A stretch of DNA of 62,882 nt, the filler included, from Guillardia theta CCMP2712 (Eukaryota > Protista > Cryptophyta): assembly GCF_000315625.1 (NCBI RefSeq). It is 5 parts of 5 records of this genome, joined end to end, with 100 filler letters (N's around TTAATTAATTAA, not from the genome) between each part and the next. Parts side by side here need not be neighbours in the genome. Positions count along the whole stretch, not along the records: positions 1 to 20,468 come from NW_005434592.1; 4 more parts are not named here. One strand, written 5' to 3'. Positions 1-13,661 of this stretch are shown piece by piece. The notes beneath the pieces are model-generated. The model was given only the letters and a program-made list of their open reading frames with translations. It did not search any database and was not told the DNA's origin. The position numbers and the translations under genes are program-made. Position 1 is the first letter of the stretch, and every line of letters starts with the position of its first letter.

Positions 1-2010
1 TTTTAACATCTGAACCTCTTTTACACGGGAAATGAATCTTTTGGTGCTGGTTGGGACTTTGCCCTTTGAACACCCTGGATCCGGAAGACCTCATAGAAGT
101 GTGCCCCAAACACTGTTGCGAAACGTTAGCAAGAAGTGGACTATTAAAACAGGTCTGAGCCAGATCAAGATGCGGGGGGCGGTGTGGATGAGGAGGAGGA
201 GGAGGAGGAGGAGGAGGAGGAGGAGTTTCACAAGAACGATGGATGGCGACGGGGGACAGGAGGAGAGGAGGAGCTGTGGAACCGGAGAGCAGGGAGAGGA
301 GGGAGAGATGGGAACGAGCTCTCACCTTTCCGTTTCTTGGGCGCTTCCTCTTCCTGCTCAGCATCCCCCTCGTGTTCCTCCACCTTAAATGTACCGCTCT
401 CGTCCTCGGCTCCACACTGAACGGAACGAGCGTGAGGAAGGAGGAGGATTGAGGTGCATCAGAGAGGAACGAGGATGGAGGATCGAGGGTGCTGGGTGCA
501 GGTTGGAGGTTGGAGGGTCGCGGAGGAGAGCGATAGTGGGGAGGGAGAAGGAGAAGGTTGGCGAGGAAAGCTTGAAGAGGGGCGAGAGGTGAGCGGGGAT
601 GGGGGAACTGATCTCACCCTCTGACCGAAGTGCGGGCTGAGCAGCTGATTCATCTTGAACATCTGATCCAACATCACGAGTTTGCACTCTCCCCCCTCCT
701 CCCCCCCTTCCTCCTCTTCATCACCATCACCATCACCATCACCATCACCATCACCATCACCATCACCATTGCCATCGTCTTCCTCTTCCCACCCCTTTCC
801 TCCTCCTGCTTAGCGATGACGTACATGAACACGCTTTCTCTTGCCAAAGATCTGCTCCAGCTTCTCATCCACCATGATGAACTGCACAGCTACCATCAGC
901 ATCGCAGCACGTGCGCAATTTCTGCATCATCTCCGCACCCTCTTGTCTTTGGCGTCCTGGAGGTCGTTTTGCTTCACGTAATCCCATATCGCCTTCACCA
1001 CCTGCAGCAGCATCCCATCACCACCCGCTCTCCTCTTGCGCTCTTGTAGCAAGAGCGAGCATGCAGTACCCCCCCTCCCTCCCCCTCCCCCCAACCCACC
1101 CCACCCCTCATGTCCCTCCCCCTTACCTCCGTCCGCTTTCCCGACGGGGCCCCCATGAAATTCGCCAGACCCTCACTGAACCAGTTTGAACCCCAACCTG
1201 CTCCTCCTCTCCCTTCCGCGCCTCAGAGTCAGCAAGCAGAGACACATCATGGGTAGCTATCACCTTTCCCTCCCTTCTTCTTCTCCTTGCCCTTCCTCGC
1301 CTCGCTCTCCGCCTCCTCCTCTTTCTCCTCCTCCTCCTCCTCCTCCTCCTCCTCCTCCTCCTCCTCCGCACTCGATTCCTGCCAGCGATATTCAGTCCTG
1401 CCATCGGATTCTAGCGTCATTACCTGAGCTGCAACGAACTCATCAACCCAATCGCCGATCTCTTGCTTCTTCCCCTCTAAACTCTTTTCACTGAGCCCTG
1501 CCAAAACGTTTAAGAGGCGACGGCTAACGCCAGCAGGGCTGAGGGGGACGAGTGGTTTGATCGTGATGGCGCATAAGAGATGTTGGTGTCGGTGAAGATC
1601 GTCCCCTTCTATCGCCTTCGCTAGATATGTCGAGATTCTCCCTCAAACATACCCAAGAAGAGAAGGCGAAGTACGATTTTGAGGTAGGGAGTGAGGGGGC
1701 GATGCTGGATCAAGCATGACGCTGTGACAGGAGACATACCTAGTTTCTCCTCAAGTTTCCTCCTCGCCATCTTCTTGCTGAGCTCCTCAAGGTTTGACAG
1801 CTTCAATATGGCGAAGAGGGTTTCTTTCAACTTCTCATCGCTGAACCCATCCCCGTCCTTGGTCTCCGCACCATCGGCCTCCTCTTTCTTCACGGCGGTG
1901 CCATTGGAGCTACTTCCTGTGTCCTCGTCCTCCTTCTCCCCCTTCTCCTCCTTCTTCTCCTTCTCCTCCTCCTCCTTCATCCCTTCTTGCTTCACAGCGA
2001 CGTCTGCCAT
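1..2010 (-). CDS. DEK_C + SWIB/MDM2 domain protein (UAF30/spp27/TRI1-like), multi-exon; 3' end uncertain
   Basis: Exon 1 (ATG 2010) reads DEKLKETLFAILKLSNLEELSKKMARRKLEEKLG, which is DEK_C-like. Exons at about 630-990 join to WDYVKQNDLQDAKDKR..FIMVDEKLEQIFGKRKRVH..MFKMNQLLSPH, the SWIB signature. Confidence 0.8.
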
Positions 2011-3219
2011 TTATCACGCTACCTTGGCCCCACCCCACCACCCCACCCCATCAATACCTACTGCTCATCAGTAATCCATGGGTACTACTACCCCACCATC
2101 CGCCTGACTAAACCCACCCCTGTGATTGGGCACTCCACGACCCATCCATTTTGACCCACCCCCATCCCCTTCCCTTCCCGGGGTATATGTGCGGGGGTGG
2201 ATCTAAAAAGAGGGTAGGGGGTGATCAAATGCTATTGAAAGGCAATATATCAGACACATACGGAAATTTAAATAGTATCATACTAGATAAATATACTAGC
2301 ATGAGAGCGTTCTGAATGAGTTGGGAGAAGTCAATCTGATGTTGAGGGTGGGGTACCATGAGAAGAGCAGGTAGGGGTACGAGGGATGGTGTGGTGCTGT
2401 CTCGGCTCCGCCCCCAGCCTTCCCTTAGGGACTTCGAAGTACCCCTCATTTCCCCATGCAATATACCCCTGGTCGAAAGTATTACTACCCTTATTTTCTC
2501 CTGAATTTCTTTAGGTCATGTGGGGTGGGTCCATCTGTCGTAACTGTCATCACCACCTCTCAGTTCAAGAACCCCACCCCCCCAATTTAAACCCGAGTAC
2601 CAAGTCACCCCATTTAGAACACCATACTCATTGTACCACCCCCAAAGAATAAATGATACCCCACAAGTCCCGGTATTTTTACCTCGAATCACCGGGTACT
2701 TGTAATTTTTATGACTACCCTACCTGGAATTTGAAGTCCCCCCTTACATATACCCTCAACTCCATCTTGTAACCCCCTTACAAGATGTCCACCTACCCCA
2801 CTTGAAAAACCAAAATATTGTGACCATATACCCTCTATCTCTAATATTTATCTATTGATACCATAGATAAAAAGCCTATCCCAATACCCTTGCGATTACA
2901 GCCGCTACCCTTCTAAGGACCACCTCTGCTCATTACCCCCAACAAATATCCTCCTACCCCCTTTTATCACCAGATGACTACCCCCCACCCCTCCAATCGA
3001 TTTTCCGCTCCTCTGTCACACCAAAGGCCACAACAAGGCAGATTTCCCCCATGGCGTCTCTTCATATACCCCTACCCCCACACTTTCTATCTCTTTATCC
3101 CCGGCTTCCCTCCCATTTCAGACCTCTACCCCTCTGGAAGTACCCCCCAACACCCATTTTTGACTGCACCCCTGGAAAGAGTGCACTGATGAGTAATGTT
3201 ATTTGTATCAGAGGCGTTA

Positions 3220-3690
3220 TCACCCGGTTCATCATCATCGAGTCGGCCGGGCGGCGTCGGGCCGCCGTGGCCCCGGCTGCCCAGCCCGGGGGCGGCCCGG
3301 GTGGCCCGGCCGGTCGGCGGCCCCGGCAGACTGTGTCACAGTGTGGCATCGGGACGGTCTCCGGGCCCACTGGCTTGAAGGCCGGACTCGAGTCGCCGGG
3401 ACTCCGACGACCTGAGAGCCCGGACCGTCCGACACAGCCTGCCAGGCTGGCAGGGCGGCGGGGCCGGGCCGCCGCCGCGGATCACGGAGTCCCGGGCCGG
3501 TATCAGCCCCGCGGGCCCCCGGGTGCCCGCCGCTTCACTGACGGTCCACGGTCACCCGGGCGATTTACGCGCGGCCACTCGGACCCGGTCCGATCACGGC
3601 CGGGCCCGCCGGAAACTTTCAAAACCGGAGGCTCCGAACTTTCAGCAGTTACGAGCAGAGTCGCCGGGGCGGGTTCGGTAAGCCTTGAAG
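3220..3690. promoter_or_regulatory. GC-rich island between divergently transcribed genes (putative bidirectional promoter region)
   Basis: Very GC-rich and dense in CCGG/GGCC/GAGTC. It lies between ATG 2010 (-) and ATG 3892 (+). Function is inferred from position only. Confidence 0.4.
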
Positions 3691-3891
3691 TTCTGTCAAA
3701 AGCCTTTACTCAAATTCACGCTATTGTTCTCAAGAAGGGTGGGTACTGACACATGTCAGGGGTAGTCTTGAAACAGTACCGGTTATTTAAACTCCGAATC
3801 GCACATTAAAGTACCAGGTATTGTACTTTTGATTCAAGGTGGGGTTATTGGATGAAGGGTAGGGTGGTTCAAGGGTGGGCGCACGTGTAGC

Positions 3892-5901
3892 ATGGGGAAA
3901 AGACCGGCGAAGTCGACCAAGAAGTCATGGCAGAAGTTGGAACAAGAAGGGCTCGAGGTAAGGGAGGAGAGGAGAGGAGAGGAGAGGAAAGGAGAGGAGA
4001 GGAGAGGGAAGAGGAGAGGAGAGGGAAGAGGAACGGGAGGGGCGGGGAGCATGAAGTTGGGAGGGGAAGAGAGGGGAGAAAGTGATTGGAATGAAGTGGA
4101 GAGGAGTGGGAGAGGGTTTGTGAGAGAACAGAGGAGAGAAGGAAGGGGAAAGACGTGAAGATGAACGTGGAGTAAGCGCACTGCAAGAGATTTCTGGTTG
4201 TGTTATAGTGTCTGTACATTGAGAAGGTTTGGTTAGCGCAAGAGGGTCTAAGGTGAAGTAGGAAGGAACACATATACAGTAATTGGTTGAAAGAGGCAGA
4301 TATGGACTGTGCTTATCCATATAACTCATTTGGTTCTGACGAGCGGGGTTCGGCAGGATGCGCTTAATGCAGAATCAAACGCACTCTTGCGCAATGCAGA
4401 GCCACAGTTCAAGGAGAACGACGAACTGTTCTTCGTGGACAAGAAGGGAAGCGCGTTGAAAGTGGGGCGGAAAGACGCGTGGGAGCTCAAGTGTAACAGC
4501 ATCTTGAAGCCGAATGAGAAGATTGAAGCAAGGAAAGTCTTCCGCTCGGGCAAGAAGAAGAACACGATCCAGGAGAGGATAGATCAGTTTGCCGAGGAGA
4601 TCAGGGAGCATGGAAGTGTCGTGAGCAGGAAGCGGAGGAGCGAAAGTGCACCCCAGGCGTCGGAGCGATCGTTCGATCTCTGGGGCGATGCAGGAGAGAG
4701 CAAGAATGAAGTGAGCAAATTCAATGACAATTGTTTAAAGTCGACGATGGTGGTGGTGGTGGTGGTGGTGATGGTGGTGATGATGGTGATGATGGTTGTA
4801 ATCGTGGGGGTGATGGTGATGGTGATGATGATGATGATGATGAAATTTGTCTTTATCTTTCTTTCTCACTTTTGACCTCTCATCGTCTACAGGACCAATG
4901 GCCCAAGTTGTACAAGAACGACCCGCTCAAGCTCGAGAACGCAGTATTCGACGAGCATCACGTTCCCAACAACAAGAGGAGGCACATGGCGCGCATGCGG
5001 CCAGAGCCCTCCAAGATCAAACCTGTGAGATGAGGGAGGGAGGGGGGGAGGGAGGGAGGGAGGGAGGGGGGAAGGGAGAAGGCGAGGGCGAGGGGGAGAG
5101 TGAGTGAGCGAGGGGAGGAGGGAAGGAGAGAAGGAGGGAGGGAAGAGGTCGGAGGACGGCGGAGAGCGTGTTTGGCGACAGTGGGGGGGGGACGGGATGT
5201 GTAGGATGGCAGCAGTTGCTGAAAATGTGCGCGCAGGTGGAGGTTGTATCCGCTGGTGCTTCATACAGGCCGGACGGAGGGCAGCACGAGGAGTTGATGA
5301 GGAAGGCTGCGGCTGTGCTTTGTGGAGGAGGAGGAGAAAGGTCAAACTCTTTGCGAGAGAAGATCGGACTGGTGCGGGATGTCCCTCCTCCTCCCTTCCT
5401 GCCGATGCTATTCCTTGCCCTTGCTGCAATCCCTTCAGTCCTCCTCCTCCTCCTCCTTCTCCCTTCTCCCCTTCCGTCCTTTTTCTCTCGCTCGGTTGTC
5501 TTTTCCTAGCCCTCCCCACCTCTACCCCCCCCTTTAACCCCCCACTCCNNNNNNNNNNNNNNNNNNNNNNNNNNNNNNNNNNNNNNNNNNNNNNNNNNNN
5601 NNNNNNNNNNNNNNNNNNNNNNNNNNNNNNNNNNNNNNNNNNNNNNNNCTCCTCCTCCTCCTCCTCATCCATCTCCTCCTCCTCCTCCTCCTCCTCCTCC
5701 TCCTCCTCCTCCTCCTCCTCCTCCTCCTCCTCCTCCTCCTCCTCCTCCTCCTCCTCCTCCTCCTCCTCCTCCTCCTCCTCCTCCTCCTCCTCCTCCTCCT
5801 CCTCCTCCTCCTCCTCCTCCTCGTCATCATCAGCATCAGCATCATCATCATCATCAACATCATCGTCATCATCGTCATCAACATCATCATCATCATCATC
5901 A

Positions 5902-5936
<35 letters not shown>

Positions 5937-8900
5937 ATCATCATCATAATCGCTCCTCACCTGGCATGCTGGCCCCTGGTCATAGATCGACTTCGGCGTC
6001 GAGAGCGCAAGGAACGGCACAAACCGCGCCAGCATTGTGCGACACCTCGGAAAACCGTTACTTGCCGTTGCAATCTTTACAGATTTTTCTTGGTCCTTTT
6101 TCTTCGATGAGTCCCCCGACAGCGGAGGGGAGGGAGCAACGAGGGCAGGCAGGGAGGGAGGCAGGCAGGCGAGCAGCGACAGGAGAGGAGCAACGAGGGG
6201 AGGAGGGGAGATGGTCATCGCGTCACTAGCGGGCATTCTCAGCATCATGTACAGTAGAAAGGTGGCGGGGGGCGGGGGCGGGCAGCGTGGATAGGAAGGA
6301 GCTGCGAGGGATGGTGCTCTTAGCTGGATGAGAGAGCGTGTTGCTCTCTCCATCCTCCTGCCACTGTCTGCGCTCTTGCTGTCTGTTTGCTCGACGTGCT
6401 CCTCGTCCTCGAGCCCCCGCTCTGCTCCGGGTGCACCAGTCCCAAGATAGTGCGCGGCATTGCCAGCGCGGACAGGACATGGACATCGTTCTTGTGCAGG
6501 AGGTAGCATGCTATGCTCTTGGCCTTGTCGTTGTGATGACGAGACTCTGTGGGCTGCAGATGCTGTCAGATCGCAAACTCAACGGTCTCGTCGGGCCTCT
6601 TGAGTTTGTGCAGGCGGTGTGAAATGTGCAGCCAGTATGCGATCTATGGAGTCGTGGCTGCGAGGTAACGTCAGCCTCGAAGCTGCTTGCTCAGCAAGTC
6701 GATGTGTACCTGAGCACTTTTATGAGGAGATGAAGGTCCAGTGTGAATCAGGAAGAAGTTCTCTGTCTGCAGACTTTGATGTCTCTGTTTGCAAACCTGG
6801 ATGTCTGTCACTTTCAATGACTGAACAATCGCTGTTATGCGCGTGCAGGCCATTGCGATGTGCGAATCACCGGTTCGCGGGCGATCGGGACGTGCTACAC
6901 ATCTACAGGAAGGGAGTCCTCAGCCACTCTGCTGTGATTCAGGCAAGTCACGATGTCCGCTCGAGCTCGTGCAGCTGCAACGTCAAAGGCCTGACAGTCA
7001 ACCCCACCAGAACTCATCCAGTATGCGCAAACAAGGGAATATGGACATGGCAGAGTCTGCTCACGGGCTGTGCCATGTCTGCCAGGGCGCAGGCGCTGTC
7101 TTCGGCCTGAGGGCTCCTTCAGAGTTGAGGTGAAATTGTTCTTCTCCCCTCCCTCCGCTCCTCACACAGATCCAAGATGGCTGGTGCTGCTGTGCCGGAG
7201 CTGCAAGAGCGGTCCTCCTTGCCCTCCTTGTTGGCCTGTACTGACGGCTCCATGTAGACTCTAACACTCGCCCCGCCCTGATGCTGCTCCTGCACACCAG
7301 CAGCAACGAAGTTGAGGTTCGTCGACTCAAGGGCCGTTGTCTCCAGTGCAGCAAGACGGCGATCTTCGGCCATCCCATCAACGGGTACCATACTCCATCC
7401 CTGAGCTCTCGAGGAGGTTGAGACTTGGTTGAAGGACCAAGACAGGATCTCGCCTGCACTGCTCCGAGCACAGGTCTCACAGCCTCGCTCCCCTCGATGC
7501 ACTTCAACACCCTCCCGTTTGACTGAGCTGATCCGTGTCGTGCTGGCAGGGAGAAAGGAGAGACGAATCAGATTCATCCGAGGTGTAACCAGCACATGCC
7601 TGGAGGGCAGAGGTGCATGAAAAGCGCTATCTTCGGTGCGCCCTTCGACAAAGGTACCCCCCTTGCGCAGTCAAATGTGGCAGCCGATTGCGGGGTTGTT
7701 GTCCCGTTCGCGCAAATGCATGTGTAGATCCTTTCTTGCACTTGCAGAGGCAGAAAGGCAGATGAACATGTACACACAGAAACACATTGATGGGCGATTG
7801 TCAGAAAGACATGCACGCGCTGATAGCTGAATGTTGGGTCGTACAAGTTTCCTGTGTAATGGCTGTGCTCTTCAGTTTCCAACGGTTTCTGCACGGAGCA
7901 CAAGCGGGCGGGGCATGTTTTCTTAACTTCTTTGATGTGCCAGGTGATGGAGGAGATGGAAGTGTTTTCCTGACTTGTGACATCCTGCAAGAATGGGAGA
8001 GCAAAAGGCTCGACAGAAGCTGGAGCATGCGAAAGGAAAGCAAAGTAAGTCGCACTTTTCCCACCTCCTCCTCCTCCTCCTCTCTCCTCCTCCTCCTCCT
8101 CCTCCTCCTCCTCCTCTTTCTCATTCCTCGTCTACTTCTTCGCTCCAACTCTTACACTTCGTCTCTTTCCCTTTACACGCTCCCATCCTTCTCCTGGTCC
8201 TCTCCTTGCTGACGTGACTTTTCCCTGAAGAGCTGTTTCCCTAGGTTCGGTCCCAGAGGCGGTTTGCCGATGTATTGCTCGGACCATCGTAGNNNNNNNN
8301 NNNNNNNNNNNNNNNNNNNNNNNNNNNNNNNNNNNNNNNNNNNNNNNNNNNNNNNNNNNNNNNNNNNNNNNNNNNNNNNNNNNNNNNNNNNNTCCTCCTC
8401 CTCCTCCCACCGGCAGTGTCTCACGTTGCTTCACAGGAGGGGGAGCAGCGCGTGAAGCGATCGCTGCTGACCAAGAAAGGGACGATCGTCGGGCCCGATG
8501 ACGTGGGAGGGCCGGACGAGTCAGACCTCCAGGGGTCAGTGGAGGATGAGGAGGAGGAAGGTCGCAAGGAGGAAGACAAGGCGTCGTCAAAGGCCGCAAA
8601 GGAGAAGGGGAAGTTGACGAGAGCAGAAAGAAACAAGCAGGTCTGCATCCTCTGATGGTCTTCCTCGTCGCCCCCGTCCTGTGCTGTCCTATCTTCCCCC
8701 TCCCCTCCCCTCCCTCCCAACTAAACACACTCTTTCATCTTCCCTCTGTGACTGCATGTTCCCTGCTCTTCTCTTCTCTCCCTCCCTCTCTCTTTCCTTC
8801 TGTTTTCTCTCCTCCTGTTTCCCTGTCTCATCATGTTCTCATCATCTCCGCTGGGTTCCTCTCCTCCTCCCCTCTCTTCTCTCTTCTCATCTTCATCCTC

Positions 8901-9912
8901 CTCAGGCGAGACACAAGGAGGTTCTGCGAGCCCAGGCAGCAGCGAAGGAGGTCGGTCTCTGCATCCTCCTTCTGTGGTTAACGCAAAATGGCAGGAGAAG
9001 AAACTGCTGAAGCAGATCAACCGCGTCGGAGAGATCAAGAAGGAGGTGGAGAACATCTTGAAGATCCGAGAGCAGGTGAGGGAGAGAGACAGGAGGAGGA
9101 GGGGGCGGACGAGGACGAGGACGAGGACGAGAATGAAGAGGAGGGGCGGAGGAGGAGGAGGAGGAGGAGGAGGAGGAGGAGGAGGAGGAGGAAGCGGCTG
9201 ACTGCATGGCAGGCGTCCAGCCTTGAGGCCTCACTCAAGGATGAGAAGGAGGCTGAAAGGATCAAGAGACTAGGAAAGATCAAGTTGCAGAAGGAGGCAC
9301 CAGAGGTTCCAACCGCATCCGCCCCCCCCTCCCCTCGCCCTCCCTTCCCTTCCTTCCCTCCTCTTGCTCTCCCTACCCCTTGCTCTTGCTCTGGTACTTC
9401 CGCTCTCTTCTCTTCTCGTCACGTTTCTTTATCCCCCTTCCCCCCTCCCCCTCCTTCGTCCCCTTCCTCCTCCCCTCCCTCCTTCCCCCTCTTTCCTCCT
9501 CCTCCCCTGCATCTTCTCATCGTCATCTCGGCAGGTTCTTCTGCCGGAGGAGATTCCTACTAAACTTCGCGCGGTCAAGCCTGTTGGCAACACCCTGCGC
9601 GACAAGTTTAAGAACCTCCAGAAGCGAAACCTCATCGAGCCCAGAAGGTACAGGATACTACCACATCCTCCTCCTCCTCCTCCTGCTCCTCCTCCTCCTG
9701 CTTCCTGCTTCCTGCTTCCTGCTTCCTGCTTCCTGCTGATACAGCTCTTTCTGAATTTCTGGCAGATCGCAGGCAGGAAAAAGGAAAGACAAGACGCTCT
9801 CTGTCCTCAAGGCCCACAAAATCAAGGTAATTCTCCTCCTCCATCCTCCCCTCGTTGATCAACATCCTCATCGAACCCTCTTGTCATTTCTAGTTTCACT
9901 ATTCCACACGCT

Positions 9913-9948
<36 letters not shown>

Positions 9949-10005
9949 TTCCATCTCGCAGTCAGTGACCTCTTTCTTCAGGCTCGGGCTTTCATCGACT
10001 TCTAA
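3892..10005 (+). CDS. NOP53: Ribosome biogenesis protein NOP53/GLTSCR2, multi-exon, spans two assembly gaps
   Basis: Motifs MGKRPAKSTKKSWQK, ELFFVDKKG, VEVVSAGASYRP, KLTRAERNKQ, and the C-terminal VLLPEEIPTKLRAVKPVGNTLRDKFKNLQKRNLIEPR. The spliced end reads ..KARAFIDF* with TAA at 10003-10005. Confidence 0.9.
6328..8292 (+). CDS. Hypothetical multi-exon protein with EsV-1-7-like Cys/His repeats, on a contig nested within NOP53
   Basis: Hydrophobic N-terminus MRERVALSILLPLSALLLSVC. Spliced pieces read KGRCLQCSKTAIFGHPING/SRLHCSEHR and RCMKSAIFGAPFDK, matching a C-xx-C-x-K-x-A-x-FG...HCxxH pattern. Exon structure is approximate. Confidence 0.45.
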
Positions 10006-10227
10006 CTTGCTGTCTGAGGAGAAGCAACTGGTCCCTCACAAGCGAAGCAGCAGAAGATCTGTACAATGAAATGAAATGATCTCTGATATTCCTCTCCAGT
10101 TCTCTTCTCTTCCCCCCTGCCCCCCTGCCCCCCCTTACCATCCTCCTCGGTCTCCTCCTCCTCCTCCTCCTCCTCCTCCTCCTCCTCAAGCACCATGTCA
10201 CACACTCTATTCACAACCCCTCGTCTC

Positions 10228-11177
10228 TCAATTCTGCTTACTCTTTTTCTCCCCATCCTTCTGCTTCATCAGCATCGTGATGGCCAGCTCCGCATCCTCG
10301 ATCGTCAGCCCCTGCCTGCAGTCAACCCGCACGACGTGCTCCTCCAAAAGAGATCTCCTCTCCTCCTTCTCTCCATCCAGCAAGTCCTCATCGTCGAGCG
10401 CTACCCAGGAGCGAACCCTGATCCGCCTCCTCTCCGTCTCCTGCGACTCCACGACTCCGTTCACGACCTCCTCCTCGTCCTCGAGGTTCAGCCAGCGCAG
10501 GATCTCGTCCTGCCTCCTCGAGCCGCTGGCTATGGGGGTGATGAGGTCGAAGCGCTCGATGCCGGAGAGCGGGCCCTGCTCGTCATGCTGCGACGAGAAG
10601 GTTCGGAACTCCTGGAGGATTTGCTCCTGCCACTCCCTCCTCCTCCTCCATGTCGACGACAGCACGAGCACGCACCCCGTCGCCTCCACGATCATCGCCA
10701 GCGATCTCATGCAGGAGAGAGGAAATATGGCTGCTGGTGCTGCTGGTGCTGCCGCCACGCTCTCGCTGCTCGATGTGTCGTCCGAATCTCCGTTGGTAGC
10801 AGCATCCTTCATCACAGCCCCAGCTCCAGCCTCCTCCTCCTCCTCCTCCTCCTCCTCCTCCTCCTCCTCCTCCTCCTCCTCATAATCATCCCCCGCTCCT
10901 TCTCCTCCTCCGCCCTCTTCCCCGCCTCCCTCTCCTCTAGCTTCATCCTTGCGTTCTCCTTGCACACATCACAGCTGATGCATTGCGCGCAGCTCGTGCA
11001 GACCTGAGCTCTGCATTGCGGCTCCTCGCACAGCACGACATCACGGCAGTTCTCGCAGAACTTCTCACCGCAGGCATCGCACTCCCACACGACATCTTCA
11101 GACAGACCACAGTCGTCGCAGATCTCCTCGTCGAATGGGAGGAGGACGCCATCGATGTCCAGGAAGACAACGTCCAT
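10228..11177 (-). CDS. HAD-superfamily phosphatase of the Swiss Army Knife RNA-repair type (HAD_SAK_2-like) with a Cys-rich insert; apparent frameshift near 10890; further upstream exons likely
   Basis: Motif I VVFLDIDGVL, then IVEATGCVLVLSSTWR, RQDEILRWL, WVALDDEDL and GLTIEDAELAI. These lie in two ORF frames that overlap at a C run. Confidence 0.75.
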
Positions 11178-13661
11178 CCCTCTGCCCCTGAACTGTGCGA
11201 TCAGAGTCAGCCAAACATTTCCTCCTCCCTGCTCTCCCATCCTCCCCTTTTTCCATCTTCTCAAGTCTCCCGTCCTCTCCCATGTTCCTCCTCCTCCTCT
11301 GTCCACTCCCTCTACCAACTTGCTGCTTCCCTCCCTCCCTCCGTCCCTCCGTCCCTCCTGCTTCCGTCCGTCCGTCCGTCCCTCCTTCCCTCTTCCCCCC
11401 TGCTCTTTTTTTTCCAGTTCGGCAGCCCAAACCTCCTCCCCATCGCTTGCTAACTTGCTGCTGCCGCCGCTGCTCCGACGACGACAAGCAGAGCTGTCAC
11501 TCCTGTCTCAGCAAGTTCTTCCTCTGCCCCCTTCGTCCTCTCCTCTCCTCTCATCTCCTCTCCGCCCCTGTCCGCTCCCCTTGATCCTCTCCTCTCCTCT
11601 CCTCTCCTCTCCTCTCCTCTCCTCTCCTCTCTTATCTCCTTCGTGCACGAGCTCAGCATCCTGTGATCGCGATCTCTGGGCATGACAGCATCGCTTAAGC
11701 ACTTCATCCTTCGCTCTACCGCGCTGAAGCTTTATCGAGATCTGTGCAAAATCGCCTGCAAGCTTCCTGCCTCGTGAGTGAGAAGAAGCGCCAGGGAGGA
11801 GAGGAGAGGAGAGGAGAGGAAGAGGAGCGGAATAGAAAGATCGAGAAAAGGGACAGTGGAGGGGAGGGAGGGGAAGCATGGAGTGGAGGGAAGGAGGGGG
11901 GAAAGCAGGGGGAGGGAGAGCAAGAGATGAATGGAAGGAAGGAGAGGGAAAGGGAGGCGGGGTGGGGAGGATGGCGACTAAACGTGGAGCAGGGAGTACA
12001 AAGAGGTGAAGGCGTTGATAAGAAACGAGTACAAGAGGTAAGATGAGTGTGTTGATATTTCACGTGAGGGTTGTCAACAGATATCACGATGAGACGAACC
12101 TGGAAGTCCTCGAAGATGTGAGTCAGAGACGAGAGTGTTGGATGAAAGGACGATGCTGTGCTCATCTTGATTCTAACGGCTGATGGTCAGGCCCTTCAGG
12201 TTGGGAGTTTACAGTTAAAGAAGCTGAAGGATACAGTTGGGAACATCTACAATTGAAGGGCATCGTCTTAGTGGAAGAATTGGAGGTCTTGTCTTGTGTT
12301 TTGTTGTTGTGTACTTCGTTTATTTCATGCATGAGATGTAGCATGAAGACAAGACAATGAAAACTCACTTTTATTTAAACCACGAGATTCAACGATTCAT
12401 GTTTCATTTCAAACATGTTGACGATTCTACAAGTCTTTGTTGGCATATGGAAATCTCATACCAACCATGGGCAAACATCACTGCAGTAGTGGGTATAGTT
12501 GTAGTTGCTCAGTAGATATTGATCACATCACCGAGATATTCCTCCTGAAATAGACAAGCAAGTCACCGAAAGGAATCATCATCATATCCATCATCATCGT
12601 CGACATCGTTATCGTCATCATCATCATCATCATCATCGTCGTCGTCGTCGTCATCATCATTGAGTTCTCAATCATTCCACCTCATCCTGTATTACCTGAT
12701 ATTCACCCACATCCACTGGCTCGGAAATATGCCAGTTGCAAGGATGACCTGTCCACTCCTGCTCATCATGGTTACCGGGAAGCAACAGAACACAAAGACT
12801 GATAAGGATTTTTCGCTCCTCAAACAGGCGTTGTGGGTTGTCGCTTCAACAAACAGGCTCCTCCTCCCTCCCCTCCCTCCTTCTCTCCTCCCTCCGTCCG
12901 TTCCTCCATCCATCCATCCATCCTTCCTTCCTTCCTTCCTTCCTTCCTTCCTTCCTCCTCCTCCTNNNNNNNNNNNNNNNNNNNNNNNNNNNNNNNNNNN
13001 NNNNNNNNNNNNNNNNNNNNNNNNNNNNNNNNNNNNNNNNNNNNNNNNNNNNNNNNNNNNNNNNNNNNNNNNNNNNNNNNNNNNNNNNNNNNNNNNNNNN
13101 NNNNNNNNNNNNNNNNNNNNNNNNNNNNNNNNNNNNNNNNNNNNNNNNNNNNNNNNNNNNNNNNNNNNNNNNNNNNNNNNNNNNNNNNNNNNNNNNNNNN
13201 NNNNNNNNNNNNNNNNNNNNNNNNNNNNNNNNNNNNNNNNNNNNNNNNNNNNNNNNNNNNNNNNNNNNNNNNNNNNNNNNNNNNNNNNNNNNNNNNNNNN
13301 NNNNNNNNNNNNNNNNNNNNNNNNNNNNNNNNNNNNNNNNNNNNNNNNNNNNNNNNNNNNNNNNNNNNNNNNNNNNNNNNNNNNNNNNNNNNNNNNNNNN
13401 NNNNNNNNNNNNNNNNNNNNNNNNNNNNNNNNNNNNNNNNNNNNNNNNNNNNNNNNNNNNNNNNNNNNNNNNNNNNNNNNNNNNNNNNNNNNNNNNNNNN
13501 NNNNNNNNNCCCCCCTTTTTGGCCTTGGCCCCTGCCCTCCTTTCCTCCCTTGCTCCCCTCCCCTACTCTCCCTTGTCCCCTACTCCGCCTCTCTCTCCTC
13601 TCCCCTCCTCGCTTCTTCTCCACCTCCTCTCTCCTCCCTTCCCCTCTGACTTCTCTCTCCA

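Noticed and set aside
3051-3749. 232-aa and similar Pro/Arg/Gly-rich ORFs in GC islands
   Set aside because: Stop-codon depletion due to high GC; no domain or splice evidence.
4887-6509. 540-aa and other long poly-E/D/S/R ORFs in the track
   Set aside because: They are read-through of microsatellites and N gaps, not credible proteins.
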